Source: a virus
Lineage: Duplodnaviria; Caudoviricetes
Length of the DNA: 59,499 bases
Direction: 5' to 3' (one strand)
Virus record (IMG/VR): IMGVR_UViG_3300000123_000002
Location: 1 to 59,499 of that record
Position numbers and translations under genes: made by a program. Positions 39,438-48,406 of this stretch are shown piece by piece. A model generated the notes under the pieces. That model worked only from the letters and a program-made list of their open reading frames with translations. It was not told the origin of the DNA and did no database searches. The stretch's first letter is position 1; each line of letters starts with the position of its first letter.

Positions 39438-39611
39438 ATGAAACAGTGTAATTGTGAACATACTTACCAGACCAAATGGTTAGGTGAAATAGTGTGTGTA
39501 ATTTGCGGTGAGCCTTGGCCAGATGATGTTGAAGACACTGAAGAAAAGCTTAGTGCCAATCATCTTAAACTTGATAAAAATCAGTTAGATAACTTGGAGA
39601 ATTTATTATGA
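39438..39611 (+). CDS. Zn-ribbon mini-protein (start revised to 39438)
   Basis: MKQCNC...CVICGEPWPDD. Confidence 0.6.
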   Translation: MKQCNCEHTYQTKWLGEIVCVICGEPWPDDVEDTEEKLSANHLKLDKNQLDNLENLL

Positions 39612-39811
39612 TAGCTGGAATGAAAACAGTAATAAGTTTGCTAGTGTTAATTGCAAAACAGAACAAGTTAATAATCGAACAGAATCAGTATGATAATGAA
39701 AGATCTCGTGGACAGTCTGGGAAGAGTCAAAGTTTTGATGACAAAGCCAGAGAACTAGAAAAGTTTGAGTCTGAACTTGCTGATATGGCTAATAATATAC
39801 TGAAGGAGTAG
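39608..39811 (+). CDS. Early hypothetical protein
   Basis: GGAG SD; ATGA overlap. Confidence 0.6.
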   Translation: MIAGMKTVISLLVLIAKQNKLIIEQNQYDNERSRGQSGKSQSFDDKARELEKFESELADMANNILKE

Positions 39812-39817
39812 AAAACC

Positions 39818-40138
39818 ATGTTTAGTTTTTTATCAAAGAAAGAAAAGTTTAAATCTATGGTGCTGCCTATTGACTACGAAAAAGCTCACTGGACTGTTAA
39901 GAAGCAGGCCAGAGAACAGTACGAAAGAGAGCAGAAAGGTAAGTGTCAGCACTGTAAAGAATTACTTATTAGACAACCTGTTAAGGAAGTTATGCTTAAA
40001 GATATTGAGTATAGGCTGTTTCCAGTAGGGTTCTTTAATAGTCCAGTTCATTTACATCATGACCATAAGACTGGTCTAACTATCGGGGCAGTTCATGCTC
40101 GATGCAATGCCTATCTATGGCAATATAAAGGTGAATAA
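39818..40138 (+). CDS. Endonuclease VII-like (His-Me finger) protein
   Basis: EQKGKCQHC...HLHHDHKTG...GAVHARCN. Confidence 0.75.
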   Translation: MFSFLSKKEKFKSMVLPIDYEKAHWTVKKQAREQYEREQKGKCQHCKELLIRQPVKEVMLKDIEYRLFPVGFFNSPVHLHHDHKTGLTIGAVHARCNAYLWQYKGE

Positions 40139-40139
40139 A

Positions 40140-40388
40140 ATGCAACAGTGCAGTTGTTCTACAGGGTTTAGATTCCCTGATAATCAAGGTGTTTGGATGT
40201 GCTCAGTATGCGGTACTGAGTGGCCTGATGACCCTAAACCGGTTAAGCCTGAAGTATTGAGAAAGGCTAAAGAGTTATTTCATGACCATGAAAACTCAAC
40301 GTGTACTAATGATCATTATTGGGATAAATGCCATCCAGACCTTCAAAAGGCTTGGATAGTAATAGCTGAAGATGACTTAGGAGAATAA
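40140..40388 (+). CDS. Zn-ribbon protein (start revised to 40140)
   Basis: MQQCSC...CSVCGTEWPDD. Confidence 0.6.
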   Translation: MQQCSCSTGFRFPDNQGVWMCSVCGTEWPDDPKPVKPEVLRKAKELFHDHENSTCTNDHYWDKCHPDLQKAWIVIAEDDLGE

Positions 40389-40389
40389 C

Positions 40390-40785
40390 GTGAAAGTATC
40401 AAAAGATGAAGTAGTAGGCATGCTGGAAAAGCTGCTTGAAGAAGCTGAAATGGTGTCTTGGAAAAGAAAGACATCTACGTTACTTGAGGCTGCAGACGTT
40501 ATGAACCGTATGTATGCTTATGGTACTAAGAAGACTGTAGCGTTTAACTTGGAAGACGCTCTTAACGGTGCTGAAGTACAAACCAGAGATGGTAGAAAAG
40601 TTACTGGTATCAAAGTTGTTAGTGATGATTGTAAATCTATGTATGCACATGAACCTAAGCCAATTCAAGGGCTTATGGCATCAATTCATAATGACTTAGG
40701 TATTATGGAATTTCCATTCTATAAAGATGGTGGTGCTCACTTGTATTTGGGTGAAAACAGTGCTGATTTGTTTATGGTGGGTTAA
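40390..40785 (+). CDS. Phage hypothetical protein
   Basis: FNLEDALNGAEVQTRDGRKV...DLFM pattern common in phage early genes. Confidence 0.6.
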   Translation: MKVSKDEVVGMLEKLLEEAEMVSWKRKTSTLLEAADVMNRMYAYGTKKTVAFNLEDALNGAEVQTRDGRKVTGIKVVSDDCKSMYAHEPKPIQGLMASIHNDLGIMEFPFYKDGGAHLYLGENSADLFMVG

Positions 40786-40788
40786 GTT

Positions 40789-41013
40789 ATGAAAGACTTA
40801 ATAGTAAATCTTGATGACTTTACAGAAGTACATCCGACAGAGCCTGGCATTTATATGTGGGCAGTTGGAGATTCTTTAAGTCTTATTACTGTTCGCAGAG
40901 TACCTGCCAAAAATGAATATGGTATTAAGTGGGAAAGCTACTTAGGTGTTGTTGAACATAGAGGTAGAGATGTCAACTTCCTGAAAGGTAAGTTCATTAA
41001 ATTAAAGATCTAA
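40789..41013 (+). CDS. Hypothetical protein
   Basis: PTEPGIYMW motif; packed operon. Confidence 0.6.
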   Translation: MKDLIVNLDDFTEVHPTEPGIYMWAVGDSLSLITVRRVPAKNEYGIKWESYLGVVEHRGRDVNFLKGKFIKLKI

Positions 41014-41022
41014 GGTGTTGTT

Positions 41023-41634
41023 ATGCATGAAGACTTTAAAAACTTAACAGAAGAATTTGTTCAAGACCATCATGATGATATTGAGTACTTGGAGTACTTA
41101 AACCAAAAGGCTAGCAAAATGAAAGAAGCTAAAGGTAACATTTGGGAAATGGAATGTGATGCTGTTTGTATTAGTACTAATGGTTTCATTAAGAATAACG
41201 GTGAATGTGTAATGGGAAGAGGCTGTGCTAAAGAGGCGGTTGAGTTCTTCCCTGAGATACCTAAACTACTGGGTGAAAGATTGCGTAAGCATGGCATTGT
41301 TGTTCAAACTATTCGTCACTTCGAAGGTGTGGCAATACTGTCTTACCCGGTTAAACCTGCATCTCAAGTGTGTGTATTCGACCAAAGAAATGTCGTTAGT
41401 CATATGCAAAAGCACTATAAAGTTTATGATGAAGTGCCTGGGTGGGCATGCGTGGCCGACATAGAGATCATTGAAAGAAGTGCCAAAGAATTAGTCGCGT
41501 TGGCCGATCAACATGGTTGGCAGAAAGTGATAATTCCTCGCGTGGGCTGTGGAGCAGGTGAGCTTACATGGTCTAAAGTTAAACCGATACTTGATGAAAT
41601 CCTTGATGATAGATTCACAGCGGTAACATTTTAA
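41023..41634 (+). CDS. Macro-domain (ADP-ribose binding/hydrolase) protein; domain starts at ATG 41119
   Basis: KGNIW...DAVCISTNG...VMGRGCA...IPRVGCGAGELTW. Confidence 0.85.
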   Translation: MHEDFKNLTEEFVQDHHDDIEYLEYLNQKASKMKEAKGNIWEMECDAVCISTNGFIKNNGECVMGRGCAKEAVEFFPEIPKLLGERLRKHGIVVQTIRHFEGVAILSYPVKPASQVCVFDQRNVVSHMQKHYKVYDEVPGWACVADIEIIERSAKELVALADQHGWQKVIIPRVGCGAGELTWSKVKPILDEILDDRFTAVTF

Positions 41635-41648
41635 TACTGGAGTAGATT

Positions 41649-41864
41649 ATGAATTTATACATAGCTGCAATGGTTGCAATGATAAATCAAAAAGGCTCAT
41701 ACACTGAAGCTATTGAGTTAGGTGTGAAAATGGTCGGTAATGTTGACGATTTAGATTTAAAAGATCTAGACCCTAGAAGTGATTACCATACGATGCTTAG
41801 GACTATGTTCAATTTGAGTGGCGAACCTGAGTCGGTTTACCTATCTGTAACAGGAGGGCAATAA
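41649..41864 (+). CDS. Hypothetical protein
   Basis: GGAG SD. Confidence 0.55.
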   Translation: MNLYIAAMVAMINQKGSYTEAIELGVKMVGNVDDLDLKDLDPRSDYHTMLRTMFNLSGEPESVYLSVTGGQ

Positions 41865-41867
41865 ACC

Positions 41868-42083
41868 ATGACAGGTGCAATGATAAACCAATTACTTAAA
41901 AATCAGGTAGTTATAATGCAGCAGAATGAGCTTATTCTACAACAGAATAGTCATATACTATCGCGTTCATATACAGTACCAACAGTAGAGAGTATGGACA
42001 GAGTGTTAGGTAAGTTAATTGTAGCGCGTGAAGTGCGGGATAAAGAAACAACTAAGTTGAGTGATGAATATGACCAAAGCTGA
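41868..42083 (+). CDS. Hypothetical protein
   Basis: GGAGG SD. Confidence 0.55.
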   Translation: MTGAMINQLLKNQVVIMQQNELILQQNSHILSRSYTVPTVESMDRVLGKLIVAREVRDKETTKLSDEYDQS

Positions 42084-42208
42084 AAATAGTGAATTAAGAG
42101 AGTGTATTGAGTTGTTGGCTAATGTTGGCAGTATGAAAATGTCACTTATCCAACACCAAGAACTTGTTAAATTAATGCAAAAATTGCGAAGATTGTCTGG
42201 AGAATAGT

Positions 42209-42742
42209 ATGAGAACACCAAGTGAGTTAGGTATCAAAAAAGGTACTACTGTACCGCCTAAAGGTGGTTGGAAAGCTAGTACATATTACATAGTTGAAGT
42301 AGCTTTTAGTAGCTGCAATGTAATATTTAAGACATTGTTTTATAGTGGGTTTCTGGTTGAAGGCGAGCCTTCAGCATTTAATGGTATCCTTTCAACACAG
42401 TCTGATGCACACAGACTTAAGGATACGTACTACCTAAAGGCAGTTGAAGAACTGGAAATAGATTTAAGCTATCCGTCACCGGCTAAGTCTAAGTTACCAT
42501 TTAGCACAGTAAATGAAATACTCATGACTGATACTGAAATCGAAGAATCTGCTTTAGCAACTAATGAGTTGGCTAATGATATTAGCAAGTGTGTCGATTA
42601 TGTACCTTGGCATATAAACTGGATAACCCGTAGTTCTGCAGGCGTTGTTCAAGCATGGGAACCAGATAATACATGCATCTACGAAGGTACTGCATTAAAT
42701 GCTGCATGTCGTGCTCTTAAACTTAATACGTATAACGGGTAA
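42209..42742 (+). CDS. Hypothetical protein, 177 aa
   Basis: GGAG SD. Confidence 0.6.
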   Translation: MRTPSELGIKKGTTVPPKGGWKASTYYIVEVAFSSCNVIFKTLFYSGFLVEGEPSAFNGILSTQSDAHRLKDTYYLKAVEELEIDLSYPSPAKSKLPFSTVNEILMTDTEIEESALATNELANDISKCVDYVPWHINWITRSSAGVVQAWEPDNTCIYEGTALNAACRALKLNTYNG

Positions 42743-42996
42743 TAAACAATGTCAGAATTAAGAAATAAAGTTAAACGCTTAGCAGTTTACGTAGAAGTAG
42801 AATTAGAAGCACCTGTTAAAGTTGGTGTGAAACTTGACGATTATGATAAAGGTTATGAAGCAGCTTTTAAAGACATATTAAGCAAGCTTGAATTCGCTCT
42901 GAAAGAGTAAAATAGTTACATTACTAATAGGCTCTAAATAGAGCTTATTGTTGAAATAACTCGTGAACTTACTTAATAAACAATCTGGAGAAAACT

Positions 42997-43272
42997 ATGA
43001 GACTTTCAAGCAAACTTACAATATCTATTGGGTTAATGCAGTTAGCCGTTCTTATATTAATATTACTAAAAGAGTTTGGCAGTAATATTATTTACATATC
43101 AAAAGCTGCTATTCCTAAAGCCGCAGTTGAGATAGTTCCAAAAGCTGTCTATGTGCCTGAATACATAGAAAAAACTGTTGTTAAAATACCAGAGCCAACA
43201 AGCATAGTTATATTCATAACAGCCTTAGCAATTCTTATCGTATTCAATCTTAAAAATAAGCAGGATAAATAA
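42997..43272 (+). CDS. Mini-protein with N-terminal hydrophobic helix and C-terminal PEP-CTERM-like sorting signal
   Basis: IPEPTS-IVIFITALAILIVF-NLKNKQDK at the C-terminus; GGAG SD. Confidence 0.7.
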   Translation: MRLSSKLTISIGLMQLAVLILILLKEFGSNIIYISKAAIPKAAVEIVPKAVYVPEYIEKTVVKIPEPTSIVIFITALAILIVFNLKNKQDK

Positions 43273-43574
43273 TGTATAAATTACTACTAATATTACTAAT
43301 GACTAGCGCAGCAGCTAACGCTGATATATACCTTGTTGACTCTGCTACATGGGGTTTAGCTACTGGTGAAACTATGGTGCTTAAGAGTTCAAAAACTAAT
43401 AAGTACAATGTTGATACCTGCAAATATGTTAATGGTAGTAAGGAAGTTGAAACACCACTGACATACTTTGCTGGAAAGGCTGTCTGTCCTAAAAGTGTTG
43501 CTGCAAGAAAGGTGATTTTTGTACCAATTGACTTTGACAGCATACCAGAAGCTGACATATTTGTAGGACAGTAG
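43272..43574 (+). CDS. Secreted protein with signal peptide
   Basis: MYKLLLILLMTSAAANA/DIY signal; two Cys; TAATG overlap. Confidence 0.65.
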   Translation: MYKLLLILLMTSAAANADIYLVDSATWGLATGETMVLKSSKTNKYNVDTCKYVNGSKEVETPLTYFAGKAVCPKSVAARKVIFVPIDFDSIPEADIFVGQ

Positions 43575-43576
43575 CT

Positions 43577-43978
43577 ATGAAGATTATAGTAGCAGGTGGC
43601 AGAGATTTCACTAATAAAGAACGAATGGTTAATGAGTTAAACAGCTTACTTGAAGAAGGCGTACTGCATGGAGAAATTGAATTAGTTTGTGGTATGGCTG
43701 CTGGAGCTGACTTGACTGCTAAGACTTTATTTGAAGACATTGGATTAGCTGTGCACAAACGTCCAGCTGGTTGGGACGACATGTCGTTACCTTGCAGACG
43801 TAAAGTCAATAGGTATGGTAAAGAGTACAATGCCTTAGCAGGTATGAAACGTAACCATTCAATGGGAGATGAAGCAGACCTACTGGTAGCCTTTTGGGAC
43901 GGTAAGTCTAAAGGTACTAAAGATATGATCGATTATATGAATAAGCTGGGTAAACCGGTTTATGTGTTCTATTACTAG
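43577..43978 (+). CDS. YspA/SLOG-family (DUF2493-like) protein
   Basis: IIVAGGRDF, GMAAGAD, AGMKRNHSM and AFWDGKSKGTKDMI. Confidence 0.85.
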   Translation: MKIIVAGGRDFTNKERMVNELNSLLEEGVLHGEIELVCGMAAGADLTAKTLFEDIGLAVHKRPAGWDDMSLPCRRKVNRYGKEYNALAGMKRNHSMGDEADLLVAFWDGKSKGTKDMIDYMNKLGKPVYVFYY

Positions 43979-43987
43979 GAGAAAATT

Positions 43988-44335
43988 ATGAGAAATCCGA
44001 CTCAAGGCTTGAGTGAAGAAAAACGATTAAACCTTGGAAACTGGTTAGTTAGCTTAAGTGAGGGTTCTAACCCTTTAAACAAAAGAAGTGGATTATGTGA
44101 AAACATCCAATTATTCAATAGTTCATTATATCCAGGCTATAACATTGTTGATTACTTCAGTAGAGACTTTCAGCTGCATTTAAAATGTCCACTAAGCTCA
44201 TCATTCCCTTTAGATGGTTTTGAAAAGTACAATAAAGATGCTAAAGCAGGTACTCTGTGGAATAACCAAAACAGACTAAAACTAGCCAAATATATTGGAG
44301 AACGTGTACTAACTAATTGGCAAGAGAAATCATAA
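43988..44335 (+). CDS. Hypothetical protein (GLC...FPL type)
   Basis: Similar by eye to 38599-38949. Confidence 0.6.
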   Translation: MRNPTQGLSEEKRLNLGNWLVSLSEGSNPLNKRSGLCENIQLFNSSLYPGYNIVDYFSRDFQLHLKCPLSSSFPLDGFEKYNKDAKAGTLWNNQNRLKLAKYIGERVLTNWQEKS

Positions 44336-44580
44336 TGAAATATCCTAAAGGACAACTGGTTGAAGTAGTGGAGCTACTGTCTCCAGAGGCTGTGCCTGTA
44401 GGTACAAGGTTCACTGTTAGTAAGAGCAAACGAGGAATCTTGTTGTTGGGCAGTAGCTTAAAGGTAAAACCTTTACTCGGTATAATCTACAATACTGGCC
44501 TACCAAGTTCTATGTATGAAAATAAGTACAGGTGGGTCACAGAAGGCGCAATTAAAGCTGTAAAAAAGGTAAGGAAGTAA
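44335..44580 (+). CDS. Hypothetical protein (start MKYPKG)
   Basis: TAATG overlap. Confidence 0.55.
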   Translation: MKYPKGQLVEVVELLSPEAVPVGTRFTVSKSKRGILLLGSSLKVKPLLGIIYNTGLPSSMYENKYRWVTEGAIKAVKKVRK

Positions 44581-44738
44581 ATTAGTATGAACAAAGCAGA
44601 CCTTGTAAAAGAATTCAAAAAAGCTTATGAAAGTGTACATGGTAGAAAGTGTAAAGACTTAATACTTGAAGACTGGTCATCAGCTGAACTTAGAAACGGT
44701 GTTAGCGCACTTAACTCCATAATTGATAAGAAGTAATT

Positions 44739-45005
44739 ATGAAAAAGAATAAACCTAGTCACCATAAAAGTAATCCCGCTGCTAAAAGAAATTCAGCTGC
44801 AACTCATACTTTCAAAAGAGTGTACGGTAAACCTAAAGTAGTAAACCATAGCGAAGTAAAGCGTGTAAAAGTTAATAGAACTCGTCATGTGTACTCAGCT
44901 GAAGGTACTAAATGTAAAAGCGTTAATGATTGTTCAGGCATATTAAAACCTACTCAGTGGAATAGATTGGTATGTAATAAATGTAACTACTCGGAGCTTA
45001 TATAA
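44739..45005 (+). CDS. Basic protein with C-terminal Zn ribbon
   Basis: Lys/Arg-rich; C...C and CNKC. Confidence 0.55.
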   Translation: MKKNKPSHHKSNPAAKRNSAATHTFKRVYGKPKVVNHSEVKRVKVNRTRHVYSAEGTKCKSVNDCSGILKPTQWNRLVCNKCNYSELI

Positions 45006-45130
45006 TATATCTACTGAAACAGCTTTAAGTACATCTCGACCCTCGAAAACAGTGAAATCTCACGTACACAGCACTACACACAAAACCCAATTTCAAACAC
45101 ACAACTTAAATTAAACTAAAAGGCAACAAA

Positions 45131-45844
45131 ATGACTACTATTACAAAGAAAACTGCAAAGAAATCAATCGCTAAGAAAGCAACAGTTAAAGTTTCAGCTA
45201 AAATGAAATCGTTACAAGCACAGGTTGCCAAAGCTCAAAAAGAAAATGCAGATAAGCTAGCTGAAAAGGTTATGGAAGCTAGCCTTACTGCAACATTGGC
45301 ACTTGAAAGCAGTGAAGAATTATTTGAAGCTAAAGTTAAATTGGCGGTAATCAGCCAGAACACTAAGAAGCTTCAAAGCTTAGTAGATGTATGTTCAGGC
45401 ATCATTGATGAAAACCCGGTGCAGAATACTAAAACTCGCGCTGTTCGTGAATGGGCAGGTACTAGAAGATTTGATTACGGTACTCAAATTAACCTTATTC
45501 ACCAACTAGTGACAGGTGTTATGTACAGCGTTAATGAGCACAAACCATTACTACTAGCTCACACAGGTTTGGACATTGAGCTAATAGAACAAGTTGCAGC
45601 AGCATTTGGTTCAACGGCTTACTATGCTCGTAAAACTAATATGTACACTGAAGCTAAGCCTTACGATGTTGAAGAGGTTCTATCTACTATAGCTGTACTT
45701 CAGTCTGTATTAGGAATAGTTGTTGACACTTCATTGATAACAGCCGCCAATTTCTCATTAGAGTTTGGAAACGGTGAAGTCAGAGCGCTTAAAGAGCAGA
45801 AGTTAGCTAATAAAGCTATTAGCGACATGGAAAATGACCTGTAA
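45131..45844 (+). CDS. Hypothetical protein with Lys/Ala-rich N-terminus, 237 aa
   Basis: MTTITKKTAKKSIAKKATVKVSAK; AAGG SD after a G-free leader. Confidence 0.75.
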   Translation: MTTITKKTAKKSIAKKATVKVSAKMKSLQAQVAKAQKENADKLAEKVMEASLTATLALESSEELFEAKVKLAVISQNTKKLQSLVDVCSGIIDENPVQNTKTRAVREWAGTRRFDYGTQINLIHQLVTGVMYSVNEHKPLLLAHTGLDIELIEQVAAAFGSTAYYARKTNMYTEAKPYDVEEVLSTIAVLQSVLGIVVDTSLITAANFSLEFGNGEVRALKEQKLANKAISDMENDL

Positions 45845-45915
45845 GTAACAGATAAAATAATGATGGTTAGTATGTAATGTACTGGCCATTTTGCTTTAAG
45901 TAATTGGAGAAAATT

Positions 45916-46107
45916 ATGGATATGTGTACTAAGTTATTTTTGATAAATATAGTGGCTTTTTGTTCTACCTTAATAGCTATATCTAGCCTATGCAATAAAG
46001 AAAAGGTGAAGAAAGCTGAGAATCTTAATGCAGTAATTGGGTTATGGGGTCTGGTAGTATTTGCATCAATACCTTCATGGATAATTTACATAATCTCAAC
46101 TAGTTAA
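45916..46107 (+). CDS. Small two-helix membrane protein
   Basis: Two hydrophobic stretches; GGAG SD before ATG 45916. Confidence 0.55.
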   Translation: MDMCTKLFLINIVAFCSTLIAISSLCNKEKVKKAENLNAVIGLWGLVVFASIPSWIIYIISTS

Positions 46108-46122
46108 AAATTAAGGATAGTT

Positions 46123-46338
46123 ATGGCTATTAAAGTTCAATCAGAAATAACAGTTGACCTAACTGTGCGTGTGTCAATTGGCGCTAACTGGGGCGAAAAT
46201 GCAACTCTTAAGCAAGTGCATAGAGATGCAAAAGCAGAAGCTGAACGTGTCGTTAAGAAGGCTTTAGCCGGTAAGGTTGCAATACTTGATGGCAAAACAG
46301 TAAACGTGTTCAGTCGTGAAGTTAAATCTACATACTAG
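46123..46338 (+). CDS. Hypothetical protein
   Basis: AAGGA SD. Confidence 0.6.
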   Translation: MAIKVQSEITVDLTVRVSIGANWGENATLKQVHRDAKAEAERVVKKALAGKVAILDGKTVNVFSREVKSTY

Positions 46339-46346
46339 GAATAGTT

Positions 46347-46556
46347 ATGCGTAAGCTATTTATAATTGATGAAAACAAACAGTGGATGGTTGTATTTTAC
46401 ACTAACTTACAAGGAAAAGTTGTGGTTAGTGAAGTATCAGACTGTGTTACAGGCACTGTCTTAAGACTAGGCGAACATTCAGCACGCTATAAGTATGTTA
46501 TTGATGTACTAGAGGACCATATTAGTGACTTGGAGGAAAAGCCATGCATAAAATGA
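46347..46556 (+). CDS. Hypothetical protein
   Basis: AGGA SD. Confidence 0.55.
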   Translation: MRKLFIIDENKQWMVVFYTNLQGKVVVSEVSDCVTGTVLRLGEHSARYKYVIDVLEDHISDLEEKPCIK

Positions 46557-46708
46557 CTATGGCTGAACGCAATAAAAATTGTACTTGTGATTATGACGAT
46601 GAAAACTTTAGTGATGATTGTGATGTCTGTAAAGAATACATCGATCAACGTGCAGAGGAGCATGAAGAACAAAGACAAAAGCGTATGTTTGAAGCAGAAG
46701 AATACTAA
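46553..46708 (+). CDS. Acidic Cys-motif mini-protein (not in ORF track)
   Basis: MTMAERNKNCTCDYDDENFSDDCDVCKEY...; ATGA overlap. Confidence 0.5.
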   Translation: MTMAERNKNCTCDYDDENFSDDCDVCKEYIDQRAEEHEEQRQKRMFEAEEY

Positions 46709-46723
46709 CTTTGGAGAAAACAA

Positions 46724-47101
46724 ATGAATGATATTGATATGAGTAAGCCATTTGCAATAATGGTTCGTGATGAAAATGGTGAATTTGGTGTAGCTTGTGG
46801 TGATGATGGGTCAATGCATGTACGTAAATCAATAAATGATTTTGTTAAAGAAAGAAAACAAACCATGGACGAATACAGAGGGCGTGGAGGCACTTGGGCA
46901 TCTTCAGCTACAATGTTCGGTATGTCTATAGCGTTCAAAGCAATTGTTATTCCTAACCTAGAAACGTTAGAGAAACTTCTTGGTGAAGGACCATTTACAA
47001 AAATGCAATTTGGTGGTGTTGCAGGTAGAGCTTGTTACATAAAGGCTGACCGTAAAATGTTTGAAGAATACCTAGAACAGTTCGTAGACATTGGTATGTA
47101 A
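46724..47101 (+). CDS. Hypothetical protein
   Basis: GGAG SD. Confidence 0.6.
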   Translation: MNDIDMSKPFAIMVRDENGEFGVACGDDGSMHVRKSINDFVKERKQTMDEYRGRGGTWASSATMFGMSIAFKAIVIPNLETLEKLLGEGPFTKMQFGGVAGRACYIKADRKMFEEYLEQFVDIGM

Positions 47102-47116
47102 ACTTTGGAGAAGTGT

Positions 47117-47314
47117 ATGAAGACTAGAGCAATAAAATTCATGGTAACAGTAATGTACAGTAGTGATGATGGCGGTCCTATATGTGAAGAATCTATGAAA
47201 GAAAACTTAGAAAATGCAATAGAAAATGAAAGAGTTAATGGCGCTATAACACCTGACAATATTAGTGCTAACCATGTAGAAATTGAAATCGAGTACGCCG
47301 GTAAAACTGTATAG
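47117..47314 (+). CDS. Hypothetical protein
   Basis: GGAG SD before ATG 47117. Confidence 0.55.
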   Translation: MKTRAIKFMVTVMYSSDDGGPICEESMKENLENAIENERVNGAITPDNISANHVEIEIEYAGKTV

Positions 47315-47342
47315 TATTTAACTTAAACGTTTGGAGAAATGA

Positions 47343-48092
47343 ATGACTGATATAAGAAGTGAACTTCTGGAAGGAAGGCTTATATTCCCAGGTGATAAAA
47401 TATTTGAAAAGTATCCTGATAAAGAAAAGCTTATCAAGAGATTCTGGAAAGTTTTATTCCTTAATTATTTAAACGAAAATGCTACCAATGCCTTGAAGTG
47501 GTACGAGGAACTTGGTGCCAAAATGTATAACGATGTAGTTAGAAGACTTAGCCATCATGGTTGGGTTGTAAGTAATAGTCTACCAGGCCGTAAATGGGCT
47601 GATGTAGAACTGTGTACTAGTAAGCTGTTGGAGTTTGTTACGGCAGATGAACTAGAAGAAATTAAAGCTGAATATAAGTATGAAAGATACATATTAGGTT
47701 GTGACAAATCTACTAAATCTACTATGGTACGCCAGAACGGTGAAACTAAACATACTGGACTTGAACGTAAAGGTTTCATGGCTGCAGGTAATACTCAGTT
47801 TGGATTTGATGTTGATATGTTAAAGAAGTATGAAAGTACTGTTGTTAGTAACTTAACGAAGTCCATGGATAAAGTTCGCCATATGTATCCTGAGATGAAA
47901 ACTACTGACAGTAGCTATGACGAAGTGTCTAAAGGCATTTATGAGTGGCATACCAATAATCCGTTAGAAGTGTTCACTACTGGTGAAAACATTAATGATA
48001 GTCGAGGTAGAGCGATTAGTTCATGCCTTAGTAAAGTATTTAACCCAATCAGTAACAAAGATGCGAGAGCATGTCTTGTTATAACTTATTAA
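47343..48092 (+). CDS. RNA polymerase II subunit 1 (N-terminal half of a split T7-like RNAP, N4 gp15-like)
   Basis: C-terminal DSRGR...NP motif (T7-family DxxGR); 249 aa. Confidence 0.8.
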   Translation: MTDIRSELLEGRLIFPGDKIFEKYPDKEKLIKRFWKVLFLNYLNENATNALKWYEELGAKMYNDVVRRLSHHGWVVSNSLPGRKWADVELCTSKLLEFVTADELEEIKAEYKYERYILGCDKSTKSTMVRQNGETKHTGLERKGFMAAGNTQFGFDVDMLKKYESTVVSNLTKSMDKVRHMYPEMKTTDSSYDEVSKGIYEWHTNNPLEVFTTGENINDSRGRAISSCLSKVFNPISNKDARACLVITY

Positions 48093-48101
48093 GAGTAAAT
48101 T

Positions 48102-48383
48102 ATGAAAGGTATACTATTTAGATCAACGTACACAGCAAGCTTGAACATAACGTATGCAGAAAGTGTTGATGAAGCAGCAGCAGACAAAGAAATATCAGAA
48201 CATGTAGCTAAAGTGCTACTACTGTTCAAAATCGACAATGTAAGTATCGATAAAGGTTTCTGTTGTAATGAGCTAACTGAAATAGGTCTGATAGGCAATA
48301 AAGCAAGATGTGTTCAAGAAGCTGCAGAACTTATTATGAAGTTTGTTGAAGAAAGTAGTTCATTCCAGTCAGTAGACGTTTAA
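48102..48383 (+). CDS. Hypothetical protein between the RNAP subunits
   Basis: 93 aa, packed. Confidence 0.55.
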   Translation: MKGILFRSTYTASLNITYAESVDEAAADKEISEHVAKVLLLFKIDNVSIDKGFCCNELTEIGLIGNKARCVQEAAELIMKFVEESSSFQSVDV

Positions 48384-48406
48384 ACAGTGCTATTAAATAA
48401 CAATCT

